In this document: piece after piece, positions 21,031 to 33,076 of the stretch
Layout of the letters: each line of letters starts with the position of its first letter
How positions within the stretch are numbered: the stretch's first letter is position 1
Source: an uncultured cyanobacterium
GTDB lineage: Bacteria; Cyanobacteriota; Cyanobacteriia; Cyanobacteriales; CAWUOF01
Direction: 5' to 3'
DNA length: 64,000 nt
NCBI GenBank assembly: GCA_963744145.1
Contig: CAVUSO010000001.1
Span: 3,200,001 to 3,264,000, forward strand
The notes under the pieces: model-generated
Database searches by the model: none
Seen by the model: the letters and a program-made list of their open reading frames with translations, nothing else
Told to the model about the DNA's origin: nothing
Position numbers and translations under genes: made by a program

Positions 21031-21168
21031 TACCAATTTAATGTAAAGTTGCACAGATCTCGATCCCCCTCGCATCCCCCTTTTTTAAGGGGGACTTTCA
21101 ATTCTTGCTCCCCCTTGTTAAGGGGGTTGGGGGGATCGGATTATATGCAACTTCATCAAAAATTGGTA
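21031..21168. mobile_element. 138-bp MITE with TTA target duplication
   Basis: Bipartite terminal IRs TACCAATTT-N6-AAGTTGCA, TTA on both flanks (21028-30, 21169-71), internal CCCCCTT-N-AAGGGGG hairpins. Confidence 0.75.
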
Positions 21169-21346
21169 TTACTTCAATCCTTCTACAGGATTTATGCACC
21201 CAAGCGGTCAAATATAGATATTAAATCTATACCAAAATTGTTAACCCGATGACAAGCTAGCAAACGAGTGATCGGAGTTGGATAGTAGAGATCAAGAAAA
21301 TTATTGGCTGTGAGATTTTGCTAGAACTACCCACTCAATGCTTGGT

Positions 21347-24300
21347 TTAGACATGATTAAGCTCCTGATCAGGTTGAATGGGGAGAAGGATGTGAAAGGT
21401 TGTCCGTCCTGGTTCGCTGTTTACGGTAATCTTACCAGAATGTTTACTAATGATTTTTTTGACGATATCTAGTCCCAACCCACTCCCCTCTCCTGGGGGT
21501 TTGGTGGTAAAAAATGGCTCAAAGATTTTAGCTTGAATTTCCGTTGGTATTCCTGGACCGGTATCGCTGATGCTGATTTGTACTTGTGCTTCTGAGTGGG
21601 TAGTTTGAATGATTAAAGTCCCACGATTATCCATGGCTTGTAACGCATTATGAATGATATTCGTCCAGACCTGATTCAATTCATCTGGATAACAGGCGAT
21701 CGCGGGTAAATCTCCATAGTTTTTGATCACCTCAACCCCCTGCTTAATTTGGTTTTGATAGAGGGTTAATACATTATCTATGCTATCATGAATTTGGGTA
21801 GAAATTAATTCACCTGAATGATCATAACGCGCATAACTTTTGAGGGCAAACACAACTTTTGATGCTCGTTCTGTTGCCGTAGCAATTGTTTGAGTTCCCC
21901 GTTGTAATCCTGATAGTTTATAGGCAATTTCTAAGATCTGCGTAGCATCGGGTCGCTGGAGTAATGAGGTAAAGGGTTCAATGTCTTCATAAATCCCCAT
22001 ATCAACTAAAGTATCTGCTAGCACATCCGCATCTTTGAGCTGTTGAGCTGAGATTTGTGCGACTAAACCTCGCTTGATTTTTCGTTCTTCTTTGGCTGAT
22101 AAATGGGAGTGGTGATTTAGCGATCGCTGCAATAAAGCTAAGAAATCCTGGACTTGATCAGCAGCAAGAGATTGACACAAGATCGGTAACTGTTCTAAGG
22201 TTTGAGTTAAGAACTTAGAGATATTACCTGTAGATGAACGAATTGCCCCTAATGGGGTATTGATTTCATGGGCAATCCCGGCAATTAATTGTCCTAATGC
22301 GGCCATTTTTTCCGATTGAATTAATTCTGTTTGCGTCGTTCGGAGGTCATCAAGAGCTTGTGATAATTCTTGGGTTCGAGCCGCTACTTTCATTTCCAAA
22401 GTTCGATTTGACTCGGCTAAATTAGCATAAAGTTGAGCATTTTCGATCGCGATCGCTGCTTGGGATGATAACATTTTTAAAAGTTCCAATCTGTCGGGAG
22501 TAAACGCTCCTGTCATCAGATTATTTTCCAAATAAACCAGACTCACCAGTTGACCTTGACTAATCAAAGGAACACATAAAATAGATTTCGGTTGATTTGC
22601 TTTAATATAAGAATCATTCTGAAAATTTCCCTCACGACTAGCATCATTTAACACTACACTTTCACGGGTCCGGACTACATAATTTAAGATTGATGCTGGT
22701 AGATGATGGTCAATCGGGATTAATTGACCAACTATAATCTGTTCCACATCTACTTTTCCTTGAGCCGCAATTAGTAATTCACCTGCTGTATTAAAAATGA
22801 GACTACCCAACTCAGCTCCAGCATTTTCTAGGAGAATTTTCATCAAAGCACTGAGTAACTTCTCTAAGACAATTTCACCAGAAATCGCTTGGGATGCTTT
22901 CATCACTGTGGCTAAATCTAACGCTTCTCCTGATTGAGTCCTAGTTAAAGTGCTAGCTTGTCTGTGGGATTGTGTGAGCCGAACTGTCGTGGTTACATGG
23001 ATGAGTAATTGGGGATATTTGCTTTCCAAATGCTTGACTTTAGCCTTAGCTCCCCAGCGCATATAATTATAGTAGGCTTCAGTCAGATAAATTTGGGCAA
23101 TAGTATTTTTTCCCCATTGCAAGTAAAATTTAGCTGCGAGTTCATAAGCAAGAGCTTCTTCTTGGATATATTGGTTGGCTCTAGCTCCAGCGATCGCTCG
23201 ATCATAATATTCTATTGCTTCCACATAAGACCCTTGCAACCGATAAATTTCTGCTTTCACTAGATCCAATTTATGGCTATAATTCATCGGTGCATGATGG
23301 GCTAATTTTTCCATCTTTTCCTGATTACTTTTCACTTGCACTAGATTATTTTCTAGGGCAGATTTTGGCTCTGATGTCTGTGCTACCAATCTGACTAAGG
23401 AATCATAAAAGTAAAATATAGGCACAGTAATAAAACCAGTACATACATTTATATATTGGGTAAATTTTTCCACATTTTCTTGTGCTTGACTGATCTCTCC
23501 AAACAGATAGCAAAGAATAATTTTGTGTAAATAGAAAAAATGAAGTGCTACTTGATCATTTGCCGCTAAATGCAGCGGTATAAATTTCTCCTCGTTGTAA
23601 GCTTCATCACTTAAGAGACAAGGATTTTTAGTCTGACCAAGTAAGTTCAAAACTACCTGCTGAAATAGTTGATTATAATTAAAAGAAATCTCCTGCTTAA
23701 AATGAGATAGAGCTTTACTGTAATTCGCTATTTCTGTTGTAAGTTCTGTCAATTCTAGACCGCTAAAGTAAGCATATTGACTTTGATTCATTGCTGCATA
23801 ACCAGCAAATTCCAAATCTCCATTTTCGATCCCACTTTGATATGCTTGCTGAAAAAGAGGTAAAGTTTTGCGGATGTGTTCTTTTCCATGAATAATAAAT
23901 ACTGCAACCTGATTGATAATTTTAGCTTTTAGAGCTTTAGTATTTAACTTTTCTGCTAAATTTAAAGCCAAATTACCAAATTGATAAGCTTGCTCAATAT
24001 CCTGAAAAACACCATTTAAAATAGCTGCATAATTAGCATAACCATAAGCAGAAAAATCAGAATTACCATACTGGAGCGATAAATTTACCTGTTCACAAGG
24101 AATCAGTGGTAATAATTCAGGTACAGCTATATAAACAGGAGAAAATAAACTCGATAGCATCCTCATTGCTGCTAGTTTATAGACATCTATCATTGGAGGT
24201 AGATTCAGCAATTCCTCCATCTTTTTCCCGGTCAATAAAGCTTTTGTTTCTTCCAGTCCAGACTGAATATCTAAAGAAGTCGGTGACTCTGGTAAGTTGA

Positions 24301-26935
24301 CTCCTAATAATTCTAGCACCTGTATCCCAATTTTGACTCCTGCGATTAATTGGGATTGAGCCATACAAGTTTGAATTTTGGTTTGATAAACTTTCAATCT
24401 GTCTAATAAATTTTTGGCTTTTAACAGAACAATTTTAGACCATTGTTCCATCCGCTCAAAATCACTACAAATATAAGCAACTTCTACTGCTTCTTCATAT
24501 AGAGCTAAACTCAGTTGATAAAAATTTTGCCAACTATCATCACCCAAAAGTTGAATACCTGTATGTAAATAGGCGATCGCTACTCCATAAGCTGTTGCTG
24601 CTTTAGCTTTGTGACCTGCGGTTAAATTCAATTTTGCTAATTCTATTCTTTCGGTATCTGAGCCAATCAAATCTTTTCCCAAATTCAAATGATCAACAAT
24701 TTCAAATATTCTTTGCTCCCGTTGATCTGGGGGAATATTCTGAATTAATAAGCGTCCAATCTTCAAATGTACTGCTTGTTGAGAGTCGTCATCAATCAGA
24801 GTATAAGCTGCTTGTTGAACGCGATCGTGGAGAAATTTATAATTCTGGATTAACAATTCAAAATCTAACTCTGATGTCGCTAAAATTAACCCACCTTTAA
24901 GTGCTAATAATAAATCAGCAAATAAAGTAGTATGTGACTTTTCACTGACGATCACAAGAGTATTTAAGTTAAATTCAGTGCCGATACAAGCAGCTAAATG
25001 CAATACTTGCTGGGTTGCTTCTGGCAATTTCTTCACCTTACTAATCATTAACTCTACCACATTATCAGTGATATTTGTTGCGGCAATTTGCTCCACATCC
25101 CATTGCCATGAGCGCGATGGAAAATCAAAAATCAGTAAGTTTTCCGAGTGCAGATTTTTGAGAAATTCATTGACAAAAAAAGGATTACCTTCTGTTTTCT
25201 GTACCACTAATTCAGCTAGGGATTTGACTGCGTCTGGCGTACTTTTTAGTGTTTCCGCAATCAGATGACAAATTGGCTCTAATTCTAAGGGATCTAAATG
25301 AATCGAATTAATCCTTGCACCTGCTTTTTCTAATCCATCCAGAGTGATCATTAATGGATGAGTAGGACTAACTTCATTATCCCGATAAGCTCCAATCAGA
25401 AACAGATATTGCATATCTGGATCAGTCATCATCAGTTCAATTAACTTCAAAGTAGCGGAATCTGCCCATTGTAAATCATCAAGAAAGATAACTAAAGGAT
25501 GTTCTGGTGAACAAAATACTCGGATAAAGTTTTGAAAAACCAAATTAAAACGATTTTGTGACTCTTGTGAACCTAGCTCTAATAAATCTGGTTGTTTACC
25601 GATAATCAGTTCTATTTCTGGAATTACATCAATAATCACCTGAGCATTCTGACCAAGTGCAGTTAAAAGTTTTATTTGCCATTGATAAAGTTCTATTTCA
25701 CTTTCTGTTAACAGTTGTTGTACTAATATACTGAAAGCTCTCACAATAGCTGAGTAGGGAATATTCCGTTGAAACTGGTCAAATTTACCAGAGATAAAAT
25801 AGCCACGTTTTTCAGTAATCGGTTTATAAATTTCTTGAACCAAAGCTGATTTACCAATCCCAGAATAACCCGTTACCAACATCATTTCAATCCCCTCCCT
25901 ACTTTGATCACCCTGAACTAAAACCCCCCTAGTGAAGGAGGGTTGGGAGGATCTTTTTCCTGCTACACGCTCAAATGCTGCTAATAAAGTTTTAACTTCC
26001 ACCTCACGTCCGTATAGTTTTTGGGGGATTTGAAACTTGTCAGAAATATCTTGCTCTGCGAGAGAGAAATCTAATATATTGCCATCAGATTCTAACTGAG
26101 TCAGACATTTTTCTAAATCAGCTTTTAATCCCCAGGCACTTTGATATCGCTCCTCAGCAGTTTTTGCCATTAGTTTCATGACTAGATCAGAAACAGTTTT
26201 GGGAATTTCTGAATTGATTTGATCTGGTGGAATTGTTTTTTTTGCAATATGACAATGGACTAATTCCATGGCATCATTTGTATTAAATGGTAGTTGTCCT
26301 GTCAGTAATTCATAAAAGGTAGCACCCAGAGAGTAGAAATCTGTACGGTAGTCTAGACAACGGTTCATTCTTCCTGTTTGCTCTGGCGATATATATGCTA
26401 GTGTACCTTCTAGCACATTGGGATTTTTTAGGGTGTGATTTTCGCGATTTAATAAAGTAGAAATTCCAAAGTCAATGATTTTGATAACTCCTGTTTCTGT
26501 GTTAAAAACAATGTTAGCCGGGTTCAGGTCTTTGTGAATTATATTAGCCTCATGAATATGTCCTAAATTGTCAGCAATTTTAATGGCTATTTGCAGAAAT
26601 TTATTTAAGTTAAGTTTCGGCTTTAAATCTAGCTTAGGGATTTTTTCATTAATCAATACTTTCAAAGATTCACCACCAAAATCCTCCAGGATAATTGCTA
26701 CAGTCTGATCAGATAATTCCAACCCGTAAGCTTTGATTACCCCATTGATATTAAGGTTGTGGGTAATTTCATATTCCTGTTTGTAGCGGGTAATTTCTTG
26801 TGGTGTTGGATAGTTTTGTTTGAGAACTTTGATAATAACTGGTTGCTGATCTAAGTGACGAATACCGCGATAAACTTCGGAATTAATACTTTCGTAAATT
26901 TGGTTGTTAATCTCGTAGCCAGGAATAGTAATCAT
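21347..26935 (-). CDS. Ser/Thr kinase-AAA ATPase-GAF-histidine kinase (copy 2)
   Basis: Same domain order and motifs as copy 1; 1862 aa. Confidence 0.95.
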   Translation of the reverse strand: MITIPGYEINNQIYESINSEVYRGIRHLDQQPVIIKVLKQNYPTPQEITRYKQEYEITHNLNINGVIKAYGLELSDQTVAIILEDFGGESLKVLINEKIPKLDLKPKLNLNKFLQIAIKIADNLGHIHEANIIHKDLNPANIVFNTETGVIKIIDFGISTLLNRENHTLKNPNVLEGTLAYISPEQTGRMNRCLDYRTDFYSLGATFYELLTGQLPFNTNDAMELVHCHIAKKTIPPDQINSEIPKTVSDLVMKLMAKTAEERYQSAWGLKADLEKCLTQLESDGNILDFSLAEQDISDKFQIPQKLYGREVEVKTLLAAFERVAGKRSSQPSFTRGVLVQGDQSREGIEMMLVTGYSGIGKSALVQEIYKPITEKRGYFISGKFDQFQRNIPYSAIVRAFSILVQQLLTESEIELYQWQIKLLTALGQNAQVIIDVIPEIELIIGKQPDLLELGSQESQNRFNLVFQNFIRVFCSPEHPLVIFLDDLQWADSATLKLIELMMTDPDMQYLFLIGAYRDNEVSPTHPLMITLDGLEKAGARINSIHLDPLELEPICHLIAETLKSTPDAVKSLAELVVQKTEGNPFFVNEFLKNLHSENLLIFDFPSRSWQWDVEQIAATNITDNVVELMISKVKKLPEATQQVLHLAACIGTEFNLNTLVIVSEKSHTTLFADLLLALKGGLILATSELDFELLIQNYKFLHDRVQQAAYTLIDDDSQQAVHLKIGRLLIQNIPPDQREQRIFEIVDHLNLGKDLIGSDTERIELAKLNLTAGHKAKAATAYGVAIAYLHTGIQLLGDDSWQNFYQLSLALYEEAVEVAYICSDFERMEQWSKIVLLKAKNLLDRLKVYQTKIQTCMAQSQLIAGVKIGIQVLELLGVNLPESPTSLDIQSGLEETKALLTGKKMEELLNLPPMIDVYKLAAMRMLSSLFSPVYIAVPELLPLIPCEQVNLSLQYGNSDFSAYGYANYAAILNGVFQDIEQAYQFGNLALNLAEKLNTKALKAKIINQVAVFIIHGKEHIRKTLPLFQQAYQSGIENGDLEFAGYAAMNQSQYAYFSGLELTELTTEIANYSKALSHFKQEISFNYNQLFQQVVLNLLGQTKNPCLLSDEAYNEEKFIPLHLAANDQVALHFFYLHKIILCYLFGEISQAQENVEKFTQYINVCTGFITVPIFYFYDSLVRLVAQTSEPKSALENNLVQVKSNQEKMEKLAHHAPMNYSHKLDLVKAEIYRLQGSYVEAIEYYDRAIAGARANQYIQEEALAYELAAKFYLQWGKNTIAQIYLTEAYYNYMRWGAKAKVKHLESKYPQLLIHVTTTVRLTQSHRQASTLTRTQSGEALDLATVMKASQAISGEIVLEKLLSALMKILLENAGAELGSLIFNTAGELLIAAQGKVDVEQIIVGQLIPIDHHLPASILNYVVRTRESVVLNDASREGNFQNDSYIKANQPKSILCVPLISQGQLVSLVYLENNLMTGAFTPDRLELLKMLSSQAAIAIENAQLYANLAESNRTLEMKVAARTQELSQALDDLRTTQTELIQSEKMAALGQLIAGIAHEINTPLGAIRSSTGNISKFLTQTLEQLPILCQSLAADQVQDFLALLQRSLNHHSHLSAKEERKIKRGLVAQISAQQLKDADVLADTLVDMGIYEDIEPFTSLLQRPDATQILEIAYKLSGLQRGTQTIATATERASKVVFALKSYARYDHSGELISTQIHDSIDNVLTLYQNQIKQGVEVIKNYGDLPAIACYPDELNQVWTNIIHNALQAMDNRGTLIIQTTHSEAQVQISISDTGPGIPTEIQAKIFEPFFTTKPPGEGSGLGLDIVKKIISKHSGKITVNSEPGRTTFHILLPIQPDQELNHV

Positions 26936-27484
26936 AGTAAAAAGCTGCTAAGTTTTCTGTTAGGTTTAAATCAGGGAAATAATCAGTAGTTATTCCTAAT
27001 TTTTTGTTGTCTAATTAAAAATATGTAAAGTTTAGTTCAATCTGGATAAAAAGTCAAGGATTGACAGCAGAACTGCCAAAAGCAGTATTTAATTTGCAGA
27101 AAAAATATTTAACTAAATTATGACAGTGACGAGCAGTGAAATTCAAGTCAGTAGATTTACCTGTTTCTCATAAATGGATAAATAATGCCGTTTGATCTCC
27201 TCCAGGTAAAATAATTGGTGATCTGATGGGTGTGCCGAAGAAATTACCCTAATCCTAGCAAGTACAAGTATACGACAGTCCGCTGAAAGTTTAGCGATCG
27301 CATTTTAAGTTTATTGTCAGAGTTTAATCAACTTGGGATCATCAAATTGTTGGCAGAAAATCAAATTACCTGTTCACCATAAATTTTTTGGTCTAAGTCT
27401 GATCCGCAGAAAATCATTAATTATGATTCTGATTCAGTCGAGTTATCAGGCATAATTGCTATATGTCTTCAGTTACATTTTTCT

Positions 27485-30253
27485 ATGAAATACAAAAAAG
27501 CTTTTTTCTTACTTTTTTCAATATTAGCCCTGACTGTACTCAACTGGTTCATCTTCACCCTGCACTCTCCTCATGTTAATGCGTTTGACCATGATGTAGT
27601 TTTAACTACACAGCAAAGCGAATATGATCTAGGTACTTATCTAGAGTACCTAGAAGACCCAACGTCCAAGTTAACCATCGAACAAATCACTCAATCTACC
27701 TTTAATCATCAATTTATCCCGAGTCAAACCAAAGTTCTCAAATTGGGCTATACTAACTCAGCCTATTGGGTCCGTTGGCGAATTAATAATCAGTCTAATA
27801 TTAATAACTGGGGGTTAATCTTTAGCGATCGCTTGACGAGCAGCATCGATCTCTATTTTCCCTCCTTATCACCAAACTCGTCGATCGGCAAATATGAACA
27901 TACACCGACCGGTATCGATTATCCCTCTAACAGTCGAAATATTCCTAATGGAGATTTTATTTTTCAACTCCATCTTCCCTCTCACACAACCCAAACATTT
28001 TATCTGCGAGTAAAAACCAAAAATCAATTGAAAGTTCCCCTATCTTTAGCCACGATGGAAGTAGTGACACAACAACGTTTAACTACTCATTTACTGTGGG
28101 GTTTTTTTTATGGATTTATGTCGATTATGATTAGCTATAACTTTTTTCTCTGGGTAATTTTACGCGATCGCATTTATGGCTACTATGCTCTATTTTTAAT
28201 CACTATTATCTTCGTTCGTAGCATTTTAGATGGAATAGGGGCACAATTTTTATGGGCAAATTTTCCTCAATTAACTTGGCCATTTTTATTAATTAGCTGC
28301 AATCTATCTTTATTGATATATTTCCAATTCACTTTGAGTTTTTTCAATTTAAAATCCTGCGCTCTCCAATGGCATTTAAACTTCAAATATTTGCAAATTT
28401 TCCTTAGTATAATTTCGTTAATTAGTTTATTTGTATCAATTCCCTGTGCCCTTTTCACTTTCGTATTTTCTGCCCTGATTATCCAGACAATTATTTTACT
28501 AATTACCGTAATTTTTTGGTTAAACAAACACCGAGTTGCTCCCTACTTTTGCCTAGCTCAAATTATCGCATTTATCGGTCTATTATTGCGGATTTTTTCA
28601 GAAATTCTCCCGCTCCAAATACCGATTCAAGACTTAGGTGGTTTAAATTGGTTCCCTCTAGTTCTTCTCCTTGCTTTTGCTCTAGCAGATTATATTAACC
28701 AGATCAGAAAAGAACGTACTGAAGCTCAAATGGAAGCGATCCGTTATCAAAATGAACTTACCCAAGCACTCCAAGAAACCAACCGTGATCTAGAAAAAAA
28801 AGTCCGAGAACGCACTAATGAACTGCTCCAAGCAAAAGAAGCAGCAGATAGTGCTAGTCAAGCTAAAAGCGATTTTATTGCTAATATGAGTCATGAATTA
28901 CGCACACCTCTTAACGGGATTTTAGGCTATACTCAAATTATGAAGCGTGCTAGTGACCTGAATCAATATCGACAAGGTATAAAGATCATTGAAGAATCAG
29001 GGTTCCATCTCCTCACGCTAATTAATGACATCCTTGACCTCTCAAAAATTGAAGCTGAAAAACTGGAATTGCTACCAAAAGAATTACATTTACCATCCTT
29101 TTTAGCTGGAGTAGCAGAAATTGCGAAAATCCGAGCTGATAGTAAAGGTATTATTTTCCATTTTCTGATTCCAGACAATTTACCAATAGGAGTCATTGTC
29201 GATGAAAAACGCTTACGGCAAATTTTACTAAATTTACTCGATAATGCGATTAAATTTACTGAGCGAGGTAGTGTTACTTTTAAAATTGAAGTTATGACCA
29301 GCAATTCTCTCCCACTCAATATTAATAAAATTCGCTTTACCATTCAAGATACAGGGATAGGAATTCCTCCCGAAAAATTAGAAAAAATCTTTATCCCCTT
29401 TGAACAAGCTGGGATTAGGTCAAGACGTGGAGAAGGAACTGGATTAGGATTAGCAATTAGTCGTAAGATTGCTACCATGATGGGTAGTGAAATTCAAATT
29501 AGTAGTAGTTTGGGAGAGGGAAGCACCTTTTGGTTTGAAGTTGATTTACTCCTAACTAATGAATGGATTAATCCGGCAATTTCATCAGTCCAAGGGAAAA
29601 TTATTGGTTATTTAGGTGAACGTAAGAAAATTTTAATTGTTGATGATAAACAAGTACATAGATTTGTAATATCAGCAGTTTTAAACCCCTTGGGATTTAT
29701 AACTACTGAAGCAGAAAATGGTAGAACAGGATTAAACAAATTGGCTGAATTTACCGCTGATTTAGTCATTACTGATATTGCTATGTCCGAAATGAATGGT
29801 TATGAACTTACTCGCAATATTCGTTATTCCTACTCTCAAGATTTACCAGTAATTGCCATTAGTGCTAGTGTGTCTTTAGCTGATCAAAGTTTAGCGATCG
29901 CGGTCGGTTGTAATGATTTTCTGGAAAAACCCCTAGATTTAGAAAAGTTACTGATCACTGTGCAAAAATATCTGAATGTGGAATGGATATATGAAGACTA
30001 TCAAACTGGATCTCGTCCTGAACCACAGGAACTAATTTTTCCCACTTTAGCTGAGTTAAAAGTCCTCTACCAAGCTAATAAAATTGGGGATATTGCAGTA
30101 GTAGAAACCGAAGCAAAACGATTAGCTAAACTCAATCCCCAGTATCAGGAATTTTGCGATCGCGTTTTGGCTTTAGCGTTAGAATTTAATGAGGAAGGAA
30201 TCTTACAATTATTAGAAAATGGTGTGATTGGTTTATCCCAAACTATGAGCTAA
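27485..30253 (+). CDS. Hybrid sensor histidine kinase with 7TM-DISM input and receiver domain
   Basis: Signal peptide, YLEDP...LGYTNSAYW extracellular domain, about 7 TM helices, SHELRTP, HATPase, REC. Confidence 0.9.
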   Translation: MKYKKAFFLLFSILALTVLNWFIFTLHSPHVNAFDHDVVLTTQQSEYDLGTYLEYLEDPTSKLTIEQITQSTFNHQFIPSQTKVLKLGYTNSAYWVRWRINNQSNINNWGLIFSDRLTSSIDLYFPSLSPNSSIGKYEHTPTGIDYPSNSRNIPNGDFIFQLHLPSHTTQTFYLRVKTKNQLKVPLSLATMEVVTQQRLTTHLLWGFFYGFMSIMISYNFFLWVILRDRIYGYYALFLITIIFVRSILDGIGAQFLWANFPQLTWPFLLISCNLSLLIYFQFTLSFFNLKSCALQWHLNFKYLQIFLSIISLISLFVSIPCALFTFVFSALIIQTIILLITVIFWLNKHRVAPYFCLAQIIAFIGLLLRIFSEILPLQIPIQDLGGLNWFPLVLLLAFALADYINQIRKERTEAQMEAIRYQNELTQALQETNRDLEKKVRERTNELLQAKEAADSASQAKSDFIANMSHELRTPLNGILGYTQIMKRASDLNQYRQGIKIIEESGFHLLTLINDILDLSKIEAEKLELLPKELHLPSFLAGVAEIAKIRADSKGIIFHFLIPDNLPIGVIVDEKRLRQILLNLLDNAIKFTERGSVTFKIEVMTSNSLPLNINKIRFTIQDTGIGIPPEKLEKIFIPFEQAGIRSRRGEGTGLGLAISRKIATMMGSEIQISSSLGEGSTFWFEVDLLLTNEWINPAISSVQGKIIGYLGERKKILIVDDKQVHRFVISAVLNPLGFITTEAENGRTGLNKLAEFTADLVITDIAMSEMNGYELTRNIRYSYSQDLPVIAISASVSLADQSLAIAVGCNDFLEKPLDLEKLLITVQKYLNVEWIYEDYQTGSRPEPQELIFPTLAELKVLYQANKIGDIAVVETEAKRLAKLNPQYQEFCDRVLALALEFNEEGILQLLENGVIGLSQTMS

Positions 30254-31464
30254 ATTTTTTCTCTTTTTCTTTTTCTGGTAGACAATTCTGTGGGAGGATT
30301 GGGAATTGGTTCTCGTCGGAGAGATACTACTTCAGCTTCACTACTTTCTCGAGCAACACGAATCAGCAACCCAGCACTTAACATACTAGCAACCATCGAA
30401 CTACCACCATAACTAAATAACGGTAGTGGTAAACCAGTTGTGGGTAAAACTCCCGTAGCTACACCAATATTTAATAATGACTGTCCTACCATTAAAATGA
30501 TCGCTCCCACCGCAACTAAGCGATGAATCTGATTCCTAGCTTTAATCGCCACAAACATTCCTAAAGTACCATAAGCCACTAGAAACAGCAATAATAATAA
30601 ACTACCTAAAAACCCAAACTCTTCAGCAAATACAGCAAAGATAAAATCTGTAAATTGAATTGGTAAATAATATAGTTTTTGTTGAGATAACCCTAACCCA
30701 GTTCCAAAAGTACCACCAGATCCGACTGCTAGTAAACTTTGAATTAGCTGATAACCATCTCGGAGCGGATCAGCCCAAGGATTCAGAAAAGACATGATGC
30801 GTCGGCGCTGATATTCTTTAATACTAATACTTAAAGTTGCTAAAATTAAGCCTAATGCTGCTGTTCCTCCTAAATAAGTAAAAGGTAACCCAGCTGCTAG
30901 AGCAATTAACCAAATCGTCATCCCACATAAAGCAGTTGTGCTTAAGTTCGGTTGGATTAAAATTCCCATTAACACTGTGCCAAAAATTACCAACCATCGA
31001 CAACGAATGCTCCACTTTAATCGATCCCATTGAGCAAAAATCCGAGCGCTTTGGAGAACCAGAAAAGGTTTAATTAACTCCGATGGTTGCAGAACTGGTA
31101 CAGGACCAATTGCAATCCAGCGAGTTGCACCATTAATTGATGTACCCAGTCCGGGAATTAAGGTAAACAAGATTAACCCTAAGAATAACACCAAAAACCA
31201 ATGTGCCATTCCCAGAATATAACGTAGGGGAAAATGCACGACTAAGTTAAATCCCAGCCAACCAAATAAGATCCAGATGAGTTGACGTTTAAAGTAATAT
31301 AAACCATCACCAAACTCCGCATCAGCAATGGGATAAGAAGCTGAAAACATCGTAACTAAACCGACAAATAACCACAGTAGGGTCATCCACCGTAACCATC
31401 GAGCTTCTAGAGCCCATAACTGAATAGCAGGATCGAAAAAAGGAATCAGGGAACGCAAATTCAC
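30250..31464 (-). CDS. ftsW: FtsW/RodA/SpoVE family cell cycle protein
   Basis: [40 protein letters not shown]. Confidence 0.9.
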   Translation of the reverse strand: MNLRSLIPFFDPAIQLWALEARWLRWMTLLWLFVGLVTMFSASYPIADAEFGDGLYYFKRQLIWILFGWLGFNLVVHFPLRYILGMAHWFLVLFLGLILFTLIPGLGTSINGATRWIAIGPVPVLQPSELIKPFLVLQSARIFAQWDRLKWSIRCRWLVIFGTVLMGILIQPNLSTTALCGMTIWLIALAAGLPFTYLGGTAALGLILATLSISIKEYQRRRIMSFLNPWADPLRDGYQLIQSLLAVGSGGTFGTGLGLSQQKLYYLPIQFTDFIFAVFAEEFGFLGSLLLLLFLVAYGTLGMFVAIKARNQIHRLVAVGAIILMVGQSLLNIGVATGVLPTTGLPLPLFSYGGSSMVASMLSAGLLIRVARESSEAEVVSLRREPIPNPPTELSTRKRKREKI

Positions 31465-31495
31465 GGGCTAATCATCTATAATTAGAGGTCATCAT

Positions 31496-32368
31496 TTAAT
31501 GGGAGAAATTGGGCGGTAATTCCAGGGGAATTGGGCCAAGTAAACCTTTGCGAAAATCTGTTAATAATTGTCTAGCTGTACGTTCTACATCTCCTTGAAA
31601 GCAATTACGGGCTAAATAATCCAGATATTCTGCCCCAGTGATCGTCATGGGCTCAACCTCATAACGCGATCGCAAACCTGCTACCGATATTAATCCATTG
31701 CTAGTTGCATCCAAATAAGTGAGTAAATCCACCAGCGCGATCGCTACTAATTGATAATCATAAGCCGCAGCACCAATATCATCACAGATCGCTAATTTCA
31801 CGGCATTTTCTTGGTCATTAATTTTCACCGGAATAATTCCAGGAGTATCCAGTAGTTCAATTTCTTCAGAAATTCGCACCCACCGCAATTGCTTAGTTAC
31901 TCCTGGACGGGCTGCACTTTCGACCGCACGTCGTTTGACTAACCGATTAATTAAAGCCGATTTACCCACATTAGGAAACCCAATCACCACAGCTCGAACA
32001 GGACGATTTAACATCCCGCGATCGCGACGACGACGATTGACCTCAATCCCAGCTTCCTGGGCTGCTTTAGCGATCGCTTCTATACCAGCCCCATGTTGAC
32101 CATCAGTAAAAAAAGGCAGATCTCCTTGAGTGTGAAACCAAGATTGCCATACCTTGCGAGTTGCTGAGGAAATCATATCTAAACGATTAACCACCAACAC
32201 CCTAGCTTTATTACCGATCCACTCAGACACTAAAGGATGTTGGGTAGCAAGAGGAATCCGAGCATCACGCACTTCCAAAATTACATCAACCAGCTTTAAC
32301 TGTTCCTTGAGTTTCTTTTCAGCTTTAGCAATATGACCGGGATACCATTGAATCGCAGGACTATTCAT
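31496..32368 (-). CDS. ylqF: Ribosome biogenesis GTPase YlqF/RbgA
   Basis: IQWYPGH, DARIP, GFPNVGKS, PGVT, LDTPG. Confidence 0.96.
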   Translation of the reverse strand: MNSPAIQWYPGHIAKAEKKLKEQLKLVDVILEVRDARIPLATQHPLVSEWIGNKARVLVVNRLDMISSATRKVWQSWFHTQGDLPFFTDGQHGAGIEAIAKAAQEAGIEVNRRRRDRGMLNRPVRAVVIGFPNVGKSALINRLVKRRAVESAARPGVTKQLRWVRISEEIELLDTPGIIPVKINDQENAVKLAICDDIGAAAYDYQLVAIALVDLLTYLDATSNGLISVAGLRSRYEVEPMTITGAEYLDYLARNCFQGDVERTARQLLTDFRKGLLGPIPLELPPNFSH

Positions 32369-32469
32369 GAATAAGATTTTCCATAATAAGAATCAATTAT
32401 ATACTGCGAGAATGGTGAATATGGCCATTGTTCATGGTTTTGACCAATGAACAATGAACCAAACAATGA

Positions 32470-32898
32470 TTAAGGCACAATCAACACAGGACAGGGAGAT
32501 AGGTTAATCACTCGATTAGTGACGCTTTCCGCAACACCTTCTTCAGTTAAACCCATACCCCGACAGCCCATAATAATTAACTCTGCCCCAATTTCGTCAG
32601 CAACATCACAAATAGTAAACGCAGGTTTACCTTGACGTTCAATCGTCTCCGCTTTGATCCCTTGTTGACTAAACATTCCTTGGGCTGTGGTGAGCAATTG
32701 TGCAGTCAGGGAAGTCACATCAGTCGCACTTTTTTCACCAGAAGTAGATGGGACTTCTTCGCCTGGGGCTGACTGGGATTCAACTACAGACAGAATGATT
32801 AAGCGACTGCTGTAAGTTTTGACAATATTGACAACTGTCTCAGCAGCTTCGCGGGATTCTCGGCTTTGATCAATGGGAAAAAGAACTGTTTTGAACAT
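32470..32898 (-). CDS. Universal stress protein
   Basis: MFKTVLFPID, IIMGCRG, SVTNRVI, PCPVLIVP. Confidence 0.93.
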   Translation of the reverse strand: MFKTVLFPIDQSRESREAAETVVNIVKTYSSRLIILSVVESQSAPGEEVPSTSGEKSATDVTSLTAQLLTTAQGMFSQQGIKAETIERQGKPAFTICDVADEIGAELIIMGCRGMGLTEEGVAESVTNRVINLSPCPVLIVP

Positions 32899-33076
32899 AT
32901 CAGGCACCATTAAAACCCTTATTTTTATTAAACGCGAACTTGTGACCCACCCGGTCACTTTCGTTTTATCTCTCTATAATCTGCGGGTTTTGCTTCATAA
33001 CACTACTTAACAGCTACAGGTTGCACTCCAATTTAAGGGAAAATGTGTCACAGAACGTATTTAGGAGATTGATTCT

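Noticed and set aside
20982..21101. 40-aa N-terminal extension of kinase copy 1, and ORF 21049-21252
   Set aside because: Both read through the MITE; the paralog supports the ATG at 20981.
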